64,000 nucleotides of DNA from Bradyrhizobium sp. (lineage in GTDB: Bacteria; Pseudomonadota; Alphaproteobacteria; Rhizobiales; Xanthobacteraceae). The notes under the pieces are model-generated. The model had not been told where the DNA came from. It did no database searches and was given only the letters and a program-made list of their open reading frames with translations. Numbering within the stretch: the stretch's first letter is position 1; each line of letters begins with the position of its first letter. A program made the translations under genes and the position numbers. Below, in pieces: positions 10,531 to 20,102 of this stretch. Location: assembly GCF_016219575.1 (NCBI RefSeq), contig NZ_JACRMG010000029.1:167122-231121 (forward strand). Reading direction: 5' to 3'.

Positions 10531-10785
10531 TCAAGCCATCGGCCGCGACTCGATTCCGCCGCCGCCATTGGCGCGCGTGCGGAAGTAGTCGAGCACGAAC
10601 AGCCGGATCGCCGACGACAAATTGCCCTGCTGGCGATTGCCGTCGATCTCGCCGACCAGTTCCGACAGGGTCATGTCGCGCGTGCCGGAGATTTCCTTCA
10701 TGCCGTTCCAGAAGGCCTCTTCGAGGCTGACGCTGGTCTTGTGGCCGGCGACGACGATCGAGCGTTTGACGACGGGCGACTTCAT
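10531..10785 (-). CDS. ribbon-helix-helix domain protein (RHH_4-like)
   Basis: 84-aa ORF. MKSPVVKRSIVVAGHKTSVSLEEAFW… is the usual N-terminus of this alphaproteobacterial RHH family. Its ATG overlaps the upstream gene's stop codon (ATGA). Confidence 0.7.
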   Translation of the reverse strand: MKSPVVKRSIVVAGHKTSVSLEEAFWNGMKEISGTRDMTLSELVGEIDGNRQQGNLSSAIRLFVLDYFRTRANGGGGIESRPMA

Positions 10786-10970
10786 GACGCCTCTCCATCG
10801 CCGAGCCGATGCTGGTCGAGCAACGCCTTCGCGCGTTCGCTCACCTGTTGCTCCTGCGCGCGCTCCGACTTGCTGCGACCAAACCGCGCACGGTTCGCGT
10901 CGGCTTCCTTCGCAGCCGTTTGCCTTGCGACGCGCTTTCTCGCTCGATTCAAATTGACGATATCACCCAT
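10782..10970 (-). CDS. DUF4169 family small protein
   Basis: ORF 10782..10985. MGDIVNLNRARKR is the family-typical N-terminus. A GGAGA Shine-Dalgarno lies 8 nt before the ATG at 10970. Confidence 0.65.
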   Translation of the reverse strand: MGDIVNLNRARKRVARQTAAKEADANRARFGRSKSERAQEQQVSERAKALLDQHRLGDGEAS

Positions 10971-11200
10971 GCTCGTCTCCATCATCTAGAAGACCGCAGG
11001 AAAAGAGCGACAGCGTCGCGCAATAAAATGCTCAATAGCCATCCAAGAATCCCCGTATACCGATACCTGATAGCACCAATAACTGAATTTCGCTCTGCGA
11101 AAACGAAATTTTTTGTGCTCAAGCACGCATGAGTGAGATGTTATGAATCATAATAATAACAAGCCTTCGCCATACGCAGACGTGCACGGCAGTGGGGGCA

Positions 11201-12610
11201 TCAGCCCGGATGAATCATTTTGTTCGGCTGTACAAGACGGTCAAATTCCTTTGCCGTTACAAGGCCAAGCCGCAAGGCTTCTTCCTTCAGCGTGGTGCCG
11301 CGCGCATGCGCTTCCTTGGCGACCTTCGCGGCATTGTCGTAGCCGATCTTCGGCGCAAGCGCCGTCACCAGCATCAGAGACCGCTGCATTAAGTCGCGGA
11401 TGCGTTTTTCGTCGGCGCGTATTCCCTTCACGCAGTTCTCGGTGAATGAGCGTGCCGCGTCGGCCAGCAATTGAATGGAATGTATCATACAATATGCCAA
11501 AAGCGGTTTGTACACGTTGAGCTCGAAATGGCCCTGGCTGCCGCCCACCGTGATGGCGGTGTGATTGCCGAACACCTGGCAGCAGACCATGGTCATCGCC
11601 TCGCACTGCGTCGGGTTGACCTTGCCGGGCATGATCGACGAGCCGGGCTCGTTTTCCGGCAATATCAGTTCGCCGAGGCCGGAGCGCGGGCCGGAGCCGA
11701 GCAGGCGGATGTCGTTGGCAATCTTGAACAGGCCGGTTGCGACCGCGTTGATCGTGCCATGCACGGAGACATAGGCGTCGTTGGAGGCCAGCGCCTCGAA
11801 CTTGTTCGGTGCGCTGGTGAACGGCAGCCTGGTGATTGCAGCGACATGCCGCGCAAAGGACTTCGCGAATTTCGGTTTCGAGTTGAGGCCGGTGCCGACC
11901 GCCGTGCCGCCCTGCGCCAGCGGAAATAATTCCTTCACTGCGACACGCAGCCGCGCCAGCCCGCTCTCGACCTGCGCGGCATAGCCGGAAAATTCCTGGC
12001 CCAGCGTCAGCGGCGTCGCATCCTGGGTATGGGTACGGCCGATCTTCACGATCCTGGAAAATGCCTTCTCTTTCCGCCGCAGCTCGCGGCGCAATTCATC
12101 CAGCGCGGGAATGAGATCGGCGAGGATGTTGCGGGCGGCGGCGATATGCATCGCGGTCGGGAACGAATCGTTCGACGACTGGCTCATGTTGACGTGATCG
12201 TTGGGATGCACCGGCTCCTTGGCGCCGAGCTTGCCGCCGAGCAGTACGTTGGCGCGGTTGGCGATCACCTCGTTGAGATTCATGTTGGTCTGGGTGCCGG
12301 AACCGGTCTGCCAGACCACCAGCGGAAAATGATCGTCGAGCTTGCCCTCGATCACCTCACGTGCGGCGCGGACGATTGCGCCGGAGCGCCGCGCATCGAG
12401 CAGGCCGAGCTCGCGGTTGGTCTCGGCGGAAGCGAGCTTGACGATGCCGAGCGCATGCACGATCGCGATCGGCATGCGGTCGGTGCCGATGCGAAAGTTC
12501 TGCCGCGAGCGTTGCGTCTGCGCGCCCCAATAGCGATCGGAGGGAACCTCGATCGGCCCGAAGCTGTCGGTCTCGGTGCGGGTGGATGTCGATCTGGAAG
12601 AGCGGGCCAT
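11201..12610 (-). CDS. fumC: class II fumarate hydratase
   Basis: 469-aa ORF. It contains [24 protein letters not shown] and the [11 protein letters not shown] signature. Confidence 0.95.
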   Translation of the reverse strand: MARSSRSTSTRTETDSFGPIEVPSDRYWGAQTQRSRQNFRIGTDRMPIAIVHALGIVKLASAETNRELGLLDARRSGAIVRAAREVIEGKLDDHFPLVVWQTGSGTQTNMNLNEVIANRANVLLGGKLGAKEPVHPNDHVNMSQSSNDSFPTAMHIAAARNILADLIPALDELRRELRRKEKAFSRIVKIGRTHTQDATPLTLGQEFSGYAAQVESGLARLRVAVKELFPLAQGGTAVGTGLNSKPKFAKSFARHVAAITRLPFTSAPNKFEALASNDAYVSVHGTINAVATGLFKIANDIRLLGSGPRSGLGELILPENEPGSSIMPGKVNPTQCEAMTMVCCQVFGNHTAITVGGSQGHFELNVYKPLLAYCMIHSIQLLADAARSFTENCVKGIRADEKRIRDLMQRSLMLVTALAPKIGYDNAAKVAKEAHARGTTLKEEALRLGLVTAKEFDRLVQPNKMIHPG

Positions 12611-12671
12611 GAGGAACGTCCGATGCGCGAGAGGGCAGGACGTTCAGTTTAACCCGCAGAAGGCGCGCCGA

Positions 12672-13178
12672 CTATTTCTTGCGGAAGCGGTCGAAGCGCA
12701 CCACGGTCGCGCCTTCGTTGCCGGCCTGCGGCTCTTCCGCGGCCGCAGGCTCGGCGGTCGTCGCGGGAAGGGCAGGTGCGGGAGGTACGGCCGGCAGTTT
12801 TGCCGCCGGCGCCTCAAGGGCCTCCTGCGGCTCGAACTGCAGGCCGAACTGCACTGAGGGATCGAAGAAGCTCTTGATGGCGGCAAAGGGAACCACCAGC
12901 CGCTCGGGGATGCCGCCGAACGACAATCCGACCTCGAAACGATCTTCCGTCACCACCAGGTCCCAGAACTGATGCTGCAGGATGATCGTCATCTCCTCCG
13001 GATATTGCGCGAGCAGCCGCGGCGACAGCTTCACGCCGTCGGCCTTCGACAGGAAGGTGATGAAGAAGTGATGCTCGCCCGGCAATCCGTGCTCGGCGGC
13101 ATCGCTCAGCACGCGACGGAGCACCCCGCGCAGCGCGTCCCGCGCCAGCACGTCATATCGGATGTGATCGGTCGCCAT
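12672..13178 (-). CDS. sspB: ClpXP adaptor SspB (alphaproteobacterial type)
   Basis: 168-aa ORF. It has a conserved N-domain (HHFFITF…YPEEMTIILQHQFWDL…FDPSVQFGLQF), a Pro/Ala-rich linker and a basic C-terminal tail. Confidence 0.8.
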   Translation of the reverse strand: MATDHIRYDVLARDALRGVLRRVLSDAAEHGLPGEHHFFITFLSKADGVKLSPRLLAQYPEEMTIILQHQFWDLVVTEDRFEVGLSFGGIPERLVVPFAAIKSFFDPSVQFGLQFEPQEALEAPAAKLPAVPPAPALPATTAEPAAAEEPQAGNEGATVVRFDRFRKK

Positions 13179-13329
13179 GGCAGTCCTTGCAGCTCATCAA
13201 ACAATCGGGCTCGCCGGTCTCCCGACTCGCCCTTGGGCCATTATGGTACCCCGGCCGCACGCGGAGGTCAGCAGGCGAGGAGGGCGGAATTTGGGGCAGT
13301 TGCGCGCTTCTCGGTGAGGCAATGGAGTA

Positions 13330-13655
13330 AATGAAAGTGGAGGCTTCTGTTGCCAGGTGCCTCCGAACCCCGCCTGACGGAGCTTAACCCGTCAGGACTT
13401 TAGAGTGGTCTTTCAAACTGCGTTACGCAGCCTGAGCAACCGGAGCATAGTTGTCGTTGGCAACTATAGCAGTAGCCCGATAACGGCGGAACAATACCGG
13501 GAAAAAACACGCCCTTTACGCCCTCGTCGATCCTGTTTCGCCCCCGCCGAAACCCGCCTCTCGAGACGGGCTTGGGTGGAGGCGCCGGGTACTGCCCCCG
13601 GGTCCGAATGGTTTATTGCGACGGCCATTTATTTCCATAGCCGGCAAGCCGGCAC
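13330..13655 (-). ncRNA. ssrA: tmRNA (ssrA), circularly permuted two-piece type; boundaries approximate
   Basis: On the minus strand, the tag reading frame GCC AAC GAC AAC TAT GCT CCG GTT GCT CAG GCT GCG TAA (ANDNYAPVAQAA*) spans 13461..13423. The tmRNA-like 5' end GGGGGCGAAACAGGATCGACG starts at 13545. Its partner 3' acceptor strand CGCCTCC-A-CC (13584..13575), preceded by a 5-bp/7-nt T-arm, lies upstream of it. The pairing includes the G3-U alanine identity pair. A terminator hairpin sits at 13339..13364. Confidence 0.85.
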
Positions 13656-14112
13656 CCTCAATATAGGGGCCAAAGGTTGAGAAAAACAGTGCCGGAAAAC
13701 CACGCTTTCGGGTCATGAGCTCCCGGGGCAGGGCTTGGCCGCCCTGGAACGGCCGTTCTGGATTCTTGGCCATGCCGCCCGATTCCGCGCCGGCCGCCGA
13801 TCCCGAACCGGAGCTGCCCGCGCCCAATCCGCCCGGCCCGGCCGAGTTGTCGTTTGCCTTCGCCAGGATGTCGCTTGCCGGCTTCGGCGGCGTCCCGGTC
13901 CGGGCGCTGCGCCGCAAACCGCCGACCGGAGCCGGAGGGCGGCTCTGCCTCGAATTGGCGCAGCAACGCTGGTGGTCCGTTCTGGATATTGGCGGCCGGG
14001 GGTTTTTTGGTTTCGCTGGCGTTGTCTGATGAAAATCGCTAGCAAGGCTCTTGGGACAACACCAAGAGACCAAGCAGAATGGGCGGTAAGCCTTCTCGGG
14101 GGAGGGAGTGTA

Positions 14113-14613
14113 ATGAGTAACAAGCCGGTCCAGGAGGAAGGCAAGTCCATTTTGCCGACATGGATCAAGGGGCCTCAGGACTTCATCGGCGGTCTCGCGC
14201 TGGTGGCGCTTGCGCTGTTTGCGCTATGGGCATCGCGCGACCTGCAGGGCATGCACGGCTTCTCGTTCGGGGCCGGGACGGCGCCGCGGATGTTTTCCGT
14301 ACTGCTGCTGGGGCTGGGCGCCGCCATCGCCGCCGTCGGCGTTTTGAGCGAGGGCGCCCACCTTGCGAAATATCACTGGCGCGGTCCCCTGTTCGTAACG
14401 CTCGCGATCCTGTCGTTCGCCCTCACGATCCGTCCGATGGGAATGATATTCGCCGCCATGACGAGCTTTCTGATCGCGGCCTGCGGATCCGCGGAGACGC
14501 GGTGGACAGAAACGGTCATCGTCGGTGCCTGCCTGACAGCGTTCTGCAGTCTCCTGTTCCCTTACGCGCTCGGCCTGCCTTTGCAGTTGCTGCCGACTTT
14601 CCTGATCCGTTGA
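14113..14613 (+). CDS. tctB: tripartite tricarboxylate transporter TctB family small membrane protein
   Basis: This is the downstream part of ORF 13735..14613. A GGGGGAGGGAG Shine-Dalgarno precedes the ATG at 14113. The product has 4 hydrophobic helices, and the gene is immediately followed by tctA. Confidence 0.8.
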   Translation: MSNKPVQEEGKSILPTWIKGPQDFIGGLALVALALFALWASRDLQGMHGFSFGAGTAPRMFSVLLLGLGAAIAAVGVLSEGAHLAKYHWRGPLFVTLAILSFALTIRPMGMIFAAMTSFLIAACGSAETRWTETVIVGACLTAFCSLLFPYALGLPLQLLPTFLIR

Positions 14614-14620
14614 GGGCACC

Positions 14621-16186
14621 ATGGGCGATCTGTTTTCAAATCTCGGGCTCGGCTTCGGTGTCGTTTTCAATCTCGTACAGTGGTCGCCTGCCTTTCTTGG
14701 CGGGATGTCGATCCCGATTCCCGTCAACATTCTGCTCTGTCTGATCGGCGCGCTGGTCGGCACGCTGGTGGGCGTGCTGCCGGGCATCGGCACCATCGCC
14801 ACCGTGGCCATGCTGCTTCCGATCACCTTCGGCCTGCCGCCGGTGGGCGCGCTGATCATGCTGGCCGGCATCTATTACGGCGCGCAGTATGGCGGCTCGA
14901 CCACGTCGATCCTGGTCAACATTCCCGGTGAGGCTGGCTCGGTGGTCACCGCGCTGGACGGTTTCCAGATGGCCAAGCAGGGCCGCGCCGGCCCGGCGCT
15001 GGCGATCGCGGCGATTGGATCGTTCTTCGCCGGCTGCGTGGCGACCGTGCTGATCGCCGTGCTGGGCGCCCCGCTCACCAGGGTCGCGCTGGCGTTCGGA
15101 CCTGCCGAGTATTTCTCGCTGATGGTGCTCGGCCTGATCTTTGCGGTCGTGCTGGCCAAGGGCTCGGTGCTGAAGGCGATCGCGATGATCGTGCTGGGTC
15201 TGCTGCTGTCGATGGTGGGATCCGACATCGAAACCGGCGCATCGCGCATGGCCTTCAACATTCCCGAACTGGCCGACGGTCTCGGCTTCGCCACCGTGGC
15301 GATGGGCCTGTTCGGCTTTGCGGAGATCATCCGCAATCTCGATACCGGCGGCGAAAGCGATCGCGAGCTGGTTCAGCAAAAGGTCTCCGGCCTGATGCCG
15401 ACGGCAAAGGACCTGAAGGACTCCACGCCGGCGGTCCTGCGCGGCACCGTGCTCGGATCGATCCTCGGTATTCTGCCGGGCGGCGGCGCCGTGATCGCGT
15501 CCTTCGCGGCCTACACGCTGGAGAAAAAGATCTCGAGGACTCCGTCGCGGTTCGGCCGCGGCGCGATCGAGGGCGTTGCGGCGCCCGAAAGTGCCAACAA
15601 CGCAGCGGCGCAGACCTCGTTCATTCCGCTGCTGACGCTCGGCATTCCGCCGAATGCGGTGATGGCGCTGATGGTCGGCGCCATGACCATTCACGGCATC
15701 GTGCCGGGTCCGCAGGTGATGCAGAAGCAGCCGGAGCTGGTGTGGGGCATGATCGCCTCGATGTGGGTCGGCAACCTCATGCTGCTGGTCATCAACCTGC
15801 CGCTGGTGGGCATCTGGGTGCGCCTGCTGCGCGTCCCGTATCGCCTGATGTTCCCGTCCATCGTGATCTTCTGTTCGATCGGCATCTACTCGGTGAACAA
15901 CGCACCGGTCGACGTCATGCTCGCCGGCGCCTTTGGGATCGTCGGCTATTGGCTGATCAAGCACGATTTCGAGCCGGCGCCGCTGCTGCTCGGCATGGTG
16001 CTGGGGCCGCTGATGGAAGAAAACCTGCGGCGCGCGCTCCTGATCTCGCGCGGCGACTGGTCGGTGTTCATCACCCGCCCGCTGTCGGCCGTCCTGATGC
16101 TGATCGCCGCCACTCTGCTGGTGCTGGCGGTATTGCCATCGCTTCGCAAGAAGCGCGACGAGGTGTTCGTGGAGTCGGAGAACTGA
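14621..16186 (+). CDS. tctA: tripartite tricarboxylate transporter permease TctA
   Basis: 521-aa polytopic ORF with a typical TctA sequence (YYGAQYGGSTTSILVNIPGE). Confidence 0.95.
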   Translation: MGDLFSNLGLGFGVVFNLVQWSPAFLGGMSIPIPVNILLCLIGALVGTLVGVLPGIGTIATVAMLLPITFGLPPVGALIMLAGIYYGAQYGGSTTSILVNIPGEAGSVVTALDGFQMAKQGRAGPALAIAAIGSFFAGCVATVLIAVLGAPLTRVALAFGPAEYFSLMVLGLIFAVVLAKGSVLKAIAMIVLGLLLSMVGSDIETGASRMAFNIPELADGLGFATVAMGLFGFAEIIRNLDTGGESDRELVQQKVSGLMPTAKDLKDSTPAVLRGTVLGSILGILPGGGAVIASFAAYTLEKKISRTPSRFGRGAIEGVAAPESANNAAAQTSFIPLLTLGIPPNAVMALMVGAMTIHGIVPGPQVMQKQPELVWGMIASMWVGNLMLLVINLPLVGIWVRLLRVPYRLMFPSIVIFCSIGIYSVNNAPVDVMLAGAFGIVGYWLIKHDFEPAPLLLGMVLGPLMEENLRRALLISRGDWSVFITRPLSAVLMLIAATLLVLAVLPSLRKKRDEVFVESEN

Positions 16187-16305
16187 CCTGCGGCGTGGCG
16201 CCGCAGGGCGTTCCAATCGACTTCTGCGTCGATTTGGTGAAATGACGATGCCGGCCCGTAGGGGCCGGCATTTCCTTTGTGAACGGGCTTTTTCGGAGAG
16301 ATCGA

Positions 16306-17286
16306 ATGAACTGGTATGGTCGCGCACTCGCGCACGCAAGTCTGGCTGCTGCCATCTCGCTCGGCGCATCGACCGCGCAGGCGCAAACCTACCCGACCCG
16401 CAACATCACCATGATCGTGCCGTTCGCGGCGGGCGGCCCGACCGACGTGATCGCGCGCATCGTCACCGGCCAGATGGCGCCGGCCCTCGGGCAGAGCATC
16501 ATCATCGAAAACGTGGTCGGCGCCGGCGGCACGACCGCAACGACGCGCGCGGCGCGCGCCACCAATGACGGCTATACGCTGATCACCGGGCATATGGGCA
16601 CCCACGCCGCGTCGGTGCCGCTCTATCCCAAGCTGGCCTACCACCCGGAGAAGGATTTTGAGCCCGTTGCGCTGCTTGCGGGTACGCCGATCCTGATTCT
16701 GGCGCGCAAGGATTTTCCGCCGAAGGATCTGAAGGAATTCGTGGCTTACGTGAAAGCCAATGCGGACAAGGTCAACGCTGCCCATGCCGGCATCGGCTCG
16801 GTGTCGCATGTCTCGTGCGAGCTGCTCAACTCGGTGCTTGGGATCAAGCCGGTCGGCGTGCCCTTCAACGGCACGGGGCCTGCGATGAACGCGCTGGTCG
16901 CGGGTCAGGTCGACTACATGTGCGACCAGATCGTCAACGCGGTGCCGCAGATCAACGGCGGCACCATCAAGGCCTATGCGATCGCGACGCCGGAGCGCAA
17001 TCCGTCGCTGCCGAACGTGCCGACCACGACGGAAGCGGGCCTGCCGGCCTTCCAGGCGCAGGCCTGGAACGCGATCTTCGCCCCCAAGGGCACCTCGCCG
17101 GAAATCATTGCCAAGCTCAACGCCACGGCCGCCAAGGCGCTGGACGACGAGAACGTCAAGAAGCGCCTGCTCGACCTCGGCAGCGTCATTCCGGCGCCCG
17201 CCGACCGCACCCCGCAGGCGCTGGGGACGCTGGTGAAGAACGAGGTCGCCAAGTGGTCATCGGTGCTCAAACCCGCAACGAATTGA
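16306..17286 (+). CDS. tctC: tripartite tricarboxylate transporter substrate-binding protein (TctC/Bug family)
   Basis: ORF 16279..17286. A GGAGAG Shine-Dalgarno precedes the ATG at 16306. The signal peptide ends in AQA. The sequence YPTRNITMIVPFAAGGPTD is typical of the Bug family. Confidence 0.9.
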   Translation: MNWYGRALAHASLAAAISLGASTAQAQTYPTRNITMIVPFAAGGPTDVIARIVTGQMAPALGQSIIIENVVGAGGTTATTRAARATNDGYTLITGHMGTHAASVPLYPKLAYHPEKDFEPVALLAGTPILILARKDFPPKDLKEFVAYVKANADKVNAAHAGIGSVSHVSCELLNSVLGIKPVGVPFNGTGPAMNALVAGQVDYMCDQIVNAVPQINGGTIKAYAIATPERNPSLPNVPTTTEAGLPAFQAQAWNAIFAPKGTSPEIIAKLNATAAKALDDENVKKRLLDLGSVIPAPADRTPQALGTLVKNEVAKWSSVLKPATN

Positions 17287-17308
17287 GCGGTTTAGGCTGA
17301 CGAGCGAA

Positions 17309-17342
17309 GGGGGCGGAACGCAGGTTCCGCCCCCTTGCCGTT
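17309..17342 (+). terminator. rho-independent terminator after tctC
   Basis: GGGGGCGGAAC-GCAG-GTTCCGCCCCC forms an 11-bp stem with a 4-nt loop, followed by TTGCCGTT. Confidence 0.6.
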
Positions 17343-17457
17343 GCAGCGGTGGAGCAACATTTCCCTGTATAATGGGTGAGTGGAGCCGAGTCGGCCTGTC
17401 GAGGCGCCGGCCCGGCCGCTACATTTCGCCGTCCCCGCAAAGACCCGATCCGACGCC

Positions 17458-18252
17458 ATGAACCAGTATCACGACCTGCTCGAACGCATCCTCGCCGACG
17501 GCGTGGAGAAGCACGATCGCACCGGCACCGGCACGCTGTCGATCTTCGGCCACCAGATGCGCTTCAACCTGCAGTCGGGTTTTCCGATGCTGACCACCAA
17601 GCGGTTGCCGCTGAAGGCGATCGTGCATGAGCTGTTGTGGTTCCTCAAGGGCGACACCAACATCAAGTATCTGAAGGACAACGGCGTCACCATCTGGGAC
17701 GAGTGGGCCGACGCCAATGGCGATCTCGGCCCGGTCTACGGCTCGCAATGGCGTTCGTGGCCGGCGCCCGACGGCCGTCACATCGACCAGATTTCCAATG
17801 TCGTCGACATGATCAGGCGCAATCCGGATTCGCGCCGGCTGATCGTCAGTGCGTGGAATCCCGCCGAAGTCGACAGGATGGCGCTGCCGCCCTGTCATTG
17901 CCTGTTCCAGTTCTACGTCGCCAACGGCAAGCTGTCCTGCCAGCTCTATCAGCGCTCGGCCGACGTCTTCCTCGGCGTTCCCTTCAACATCGCTTCCTAT
18001 GCGCTGCTCACCATGATGGTGGCGCAGGTCACGGGATTGAAGGCGGGCGACTTCGTGCATTCGCTGGGCGATGCTCATCTCTATTCCAACCATCTAGAGC
18101 AGGCGCGGCTGCAACTGACGCGCCCGACCAGGACGCTGCCGGCCATGAAGATCAATCCCGGCGTGAAGGACATCTTCTCCTTCCGCTACGAGGATTTCGC
18201 GCTCGAGAACTACGACCCGCATCCGCACATCAAGGCCGAGGTCGCGGTGTGA
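17458..18252 (+). CDS. thyA: thymidylate synthase
   Basis: [12 protein letters not shown]…DRTGTGT…PPCH signature. The longer ORF start at 17380 is an upstream extension. Confidence 0.95.
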   Translation: MNQYHDLLERILADGVEKHDRTGTGTLSIFGHQMRFNLQSGFPMLTTKRLPLKAIVHELLWFLKGDTNIKYLKDNGVTIWDEWADANGDLGPVYGSQWRSWPAPDGRHIDQISNVVDMIRRNPDSRRLIVSAWNPAEVDRMALPPCHCLFQFYVANGKLSCQLYQRSADVFLGVPFNIASYALLTMMVAQVTGLKAGDFVHSLGDAHLYSNHLEQARLQLTRPTRTLPAMKINPGVKDIFSFRYEDFALENYDPHPHIKAEVAV

Positions 18253-18785
18253 CCGTGACGGCCGTTGTGCGCCCGCAGATCGTCCTCATCGTCGCGGTCG
18301 CCGAGAACGGCGTGATCGGCGCCGGCGGCGCCATTCCCTGGCGGCTGAAAACCGACCAGCAGCGCTTGAAGGCGATCACGCTGAACAAGCCGGTGGTGAT
18401 GGGGCGCAAGACCTTCGAGTCGTTGCGCCGGCCGCTGCCGGGGCGCACCAACATCGTCGTCACGCGCGACCGGGATTATCGGGCGGCAGGGGCCGTCGTC
18501 ACCAATTCGTTCGAGAACGCCCGGGCGGTCGCGCTGGGCGATGCGCTGCGGCGTTCCACCGGCGAAATTGCCGTGATCGGCGGCGCGGAAATCTACGCGC
18601 AATGGATGGCGGCGGCCGACCGGCTCGACGTCACCGAGGTGCACGCCCGCCCTGAGGGCGATACGCGCCTTGCCGCCATCGATCCCCTCGCATGGGAGGA
18701 AGTCTCGCGGCTCCGCAATCCGGCCGGTCCGGACGACAGCGTCGACTTTTCCTATGTGACATATCGTCGGCGCGGATCACGTTAA
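18249..18785 (+). CDS. folA: dihydrofolate reductase
   Basis: Tail of ORF 17637..18785. The GTG start overlaps the thyA stop (GTGTGA). It contains [23 protein letters not shown] and VMGRKTFES motifs. Confidence 0.9.
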   Translation: MTVTAVVRPQIVLIVAVAENGVIGAGGAIPWRLKTDQQRLKAITLNKPVVMGRKTFESLRRPLPGRTNIVVTRDRDYRAAGAVVTNSFENARAVALGDALRRSTGEIAVIGGAEIYAQWMAAADRLDVTEVHARPEGDTRLAAIDPLAWEEVSRLRNPAGPDDSVDFSYVTYRRRGSR

Positions 18786-18947
18786 CTGCGCTAGCCAATG
18801 TTTACATTGACTTTTCCCACCCCAAGCCTAGCTGCTTGAAGGGCAGGCGGCGCGTTGTAAGGGTCTTGGCGGTCCCCTATAAAGCCGGGCTGAGTTTGCG
18901 AGGCGGGCGGCCCAGTGCCGGGCTGGCCCCGCGGAGGAGAGGTTCGA

Positions 18948-20102
18948 ATGCCGTGGAAAAATCAAGGCGGGGGCCCCTGGGGCTCGGGTCCGAAAGGACC
19001 ATGGGGTCAGGGTCCGCAGTCGGTCGGGCCGCGGCCGCCGGACCTTGAAGACCTGCTGCGCCGTGGCCAGGACAAGATGCAGCAGCTGCTGCCCGGCGGC
19101 CATCTCAGCGGCATGGGCATCGCGCTGATCCTGGTCGGTGCACTGGCGATCTGGGGCCTTTCCGGGTTCTTCCGCGTGCAGTCCGAAGAGCTCGGCGTGG
19201 TCTTGCGCTTCGGCAAGCATGTGCGCACCGTGCAGCCGGGCCTCAATTATCATCTGCCCTATCCGATCGAGACCGTGCAGCTGCCGAAGGCGTTGCGCGT
19301 CTCCACCATCTCCATCGGCATGACCCTCATCGAGGACGCGGCGCGCCGCGGCCGCACCATGCGCGACGTGCCGGAGGAGAGCCTGATGCTCACCGGCGAC
19401 GAGAACATCGTCGACGTCGACTTCACCGTGCTGTGGCGCATCAAGCCGGACGGCGTCGGCAATTTCCTTTTCAACATCCAGAACCCGGAAGGCACCGTGA
19501 AGGCGGTGGCCGAGAGCGCTATGCGCGAGGTGATCGGCCGTTCCCCGATTCAGCCGATCCTCACCGGCGCGCGCAACACCATCGAGCAGAGCGTGCAGGA
19601 ATTGATGCAGAAGGTGCTCGATTCCTACGGCTCAGGTGTCCAGATCACGCAGGTGCAGATGCAGAAGGTCGACCCGCCGGCGCAGGTGATCGAAGCGTTC
19701 CGCGACGTGCAGGCGGCGCGTGCCGACCTCGAGCGTCTGCAGAACGAGGCGCAGACCTATGCCAACCGCGTGGTGCCCGACGCCCGCGGCCGCGCCGCGC
19801 AGATCCTGCAGGTGGCCGAAGGCTACAAGGAGCAGGCGATCGCGGAAGCCAAGGGCCAGAGCGCGCGCTTCAACAAGGTGTATGACGAATACGCCAAGGC
19901 CAAGGACGTGACGCGGCAACGCATCTATCTGGAGACCATGGAGCGCGTCCTCGGCCCCGCGCAGAAGCTCGTCTATGACGGCGGACCGTCCGGATCGAGC
20001 ATCGTGCCCTATCTGCCCCTCAGCGAGTTGAGCCCGCCTCGTCCGGCGCAACCGGCGCAACCGGCGGCGACGGGCCAGCAGCAGGGAGGAGGTGCGCGAT
20101 GA
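18948..20102 (+). CDS. hflK: FtsH protease modulator HflK
   Basis: A GGAGGAGAGG Shine-Dalgarno precedes the ATG at 18948. The Gly/Pro-rich N-terminus MPWKNQGGGPWG is followed by a TM helix and an SPFH domain. Confidence 0.9.
   Translation: MPWKNQGGGPWGSGPKGPWGQGPQSVGPRPPDLEDLLRRGQDKMQQLLPGGHLSGMGIALILVGALAIWGLSGFFRVQSEELGVVLRFGKHVRTVQPGLNYHLPYPIETVQLPKALRVSTISIGMTLIEDAARRGRTMRDVPEESLMLTGDENIVDVDFTVLWRIKPDGVGNFLFNIQNPEGTVKAVAESAMREVIGRSPIQPILTGARNTIEQSVQELMQKVLDSYGSGVQITQVQMQKVDPPAQVIEAFRDVQAARADLERLQNEAQTYANRVVPDARGRAAQILQVAEGYKEQAIAEAKGQSARFNKVYDEYAKAKDVTRQRIYLETMERVLGPAQKLVYDGGPSGSSIVPYLPLSELSPPRPAQPAQPAATGQQQGGGAR

Noticed and set aside
13656-14112. 457-nt gap between ssrA and tctB covered by several overlapping ORFs (13715..14029, 13735..14613, 13516..14073). 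The plus frame at 13715 has coding-like third-position GC and an …AELSFAFARMSLAGFGG… stretch faintly reminiscent of chromate-transporter N-termini. The minus strand also encodes AKANDNSAGP, which echoes the tmRNA tag.
   Set aside because: No frame has a Shine-Dalgarno or a credible start. The resemblance is about 15 residues recalled from memory. The ANDN match is only 10 nt and has no tRNA-like context. At most it could be a decayed gene remnant, and I cannot support a feature call.
17341-17373. TTGCAG … TATAAT upstream of thyA as a promoter
   Set aside because: The -10 hexamer is perfect, but the spacer to the only -35-like hexamer is 21 nt, outside the functional range. Support is too weak to call.
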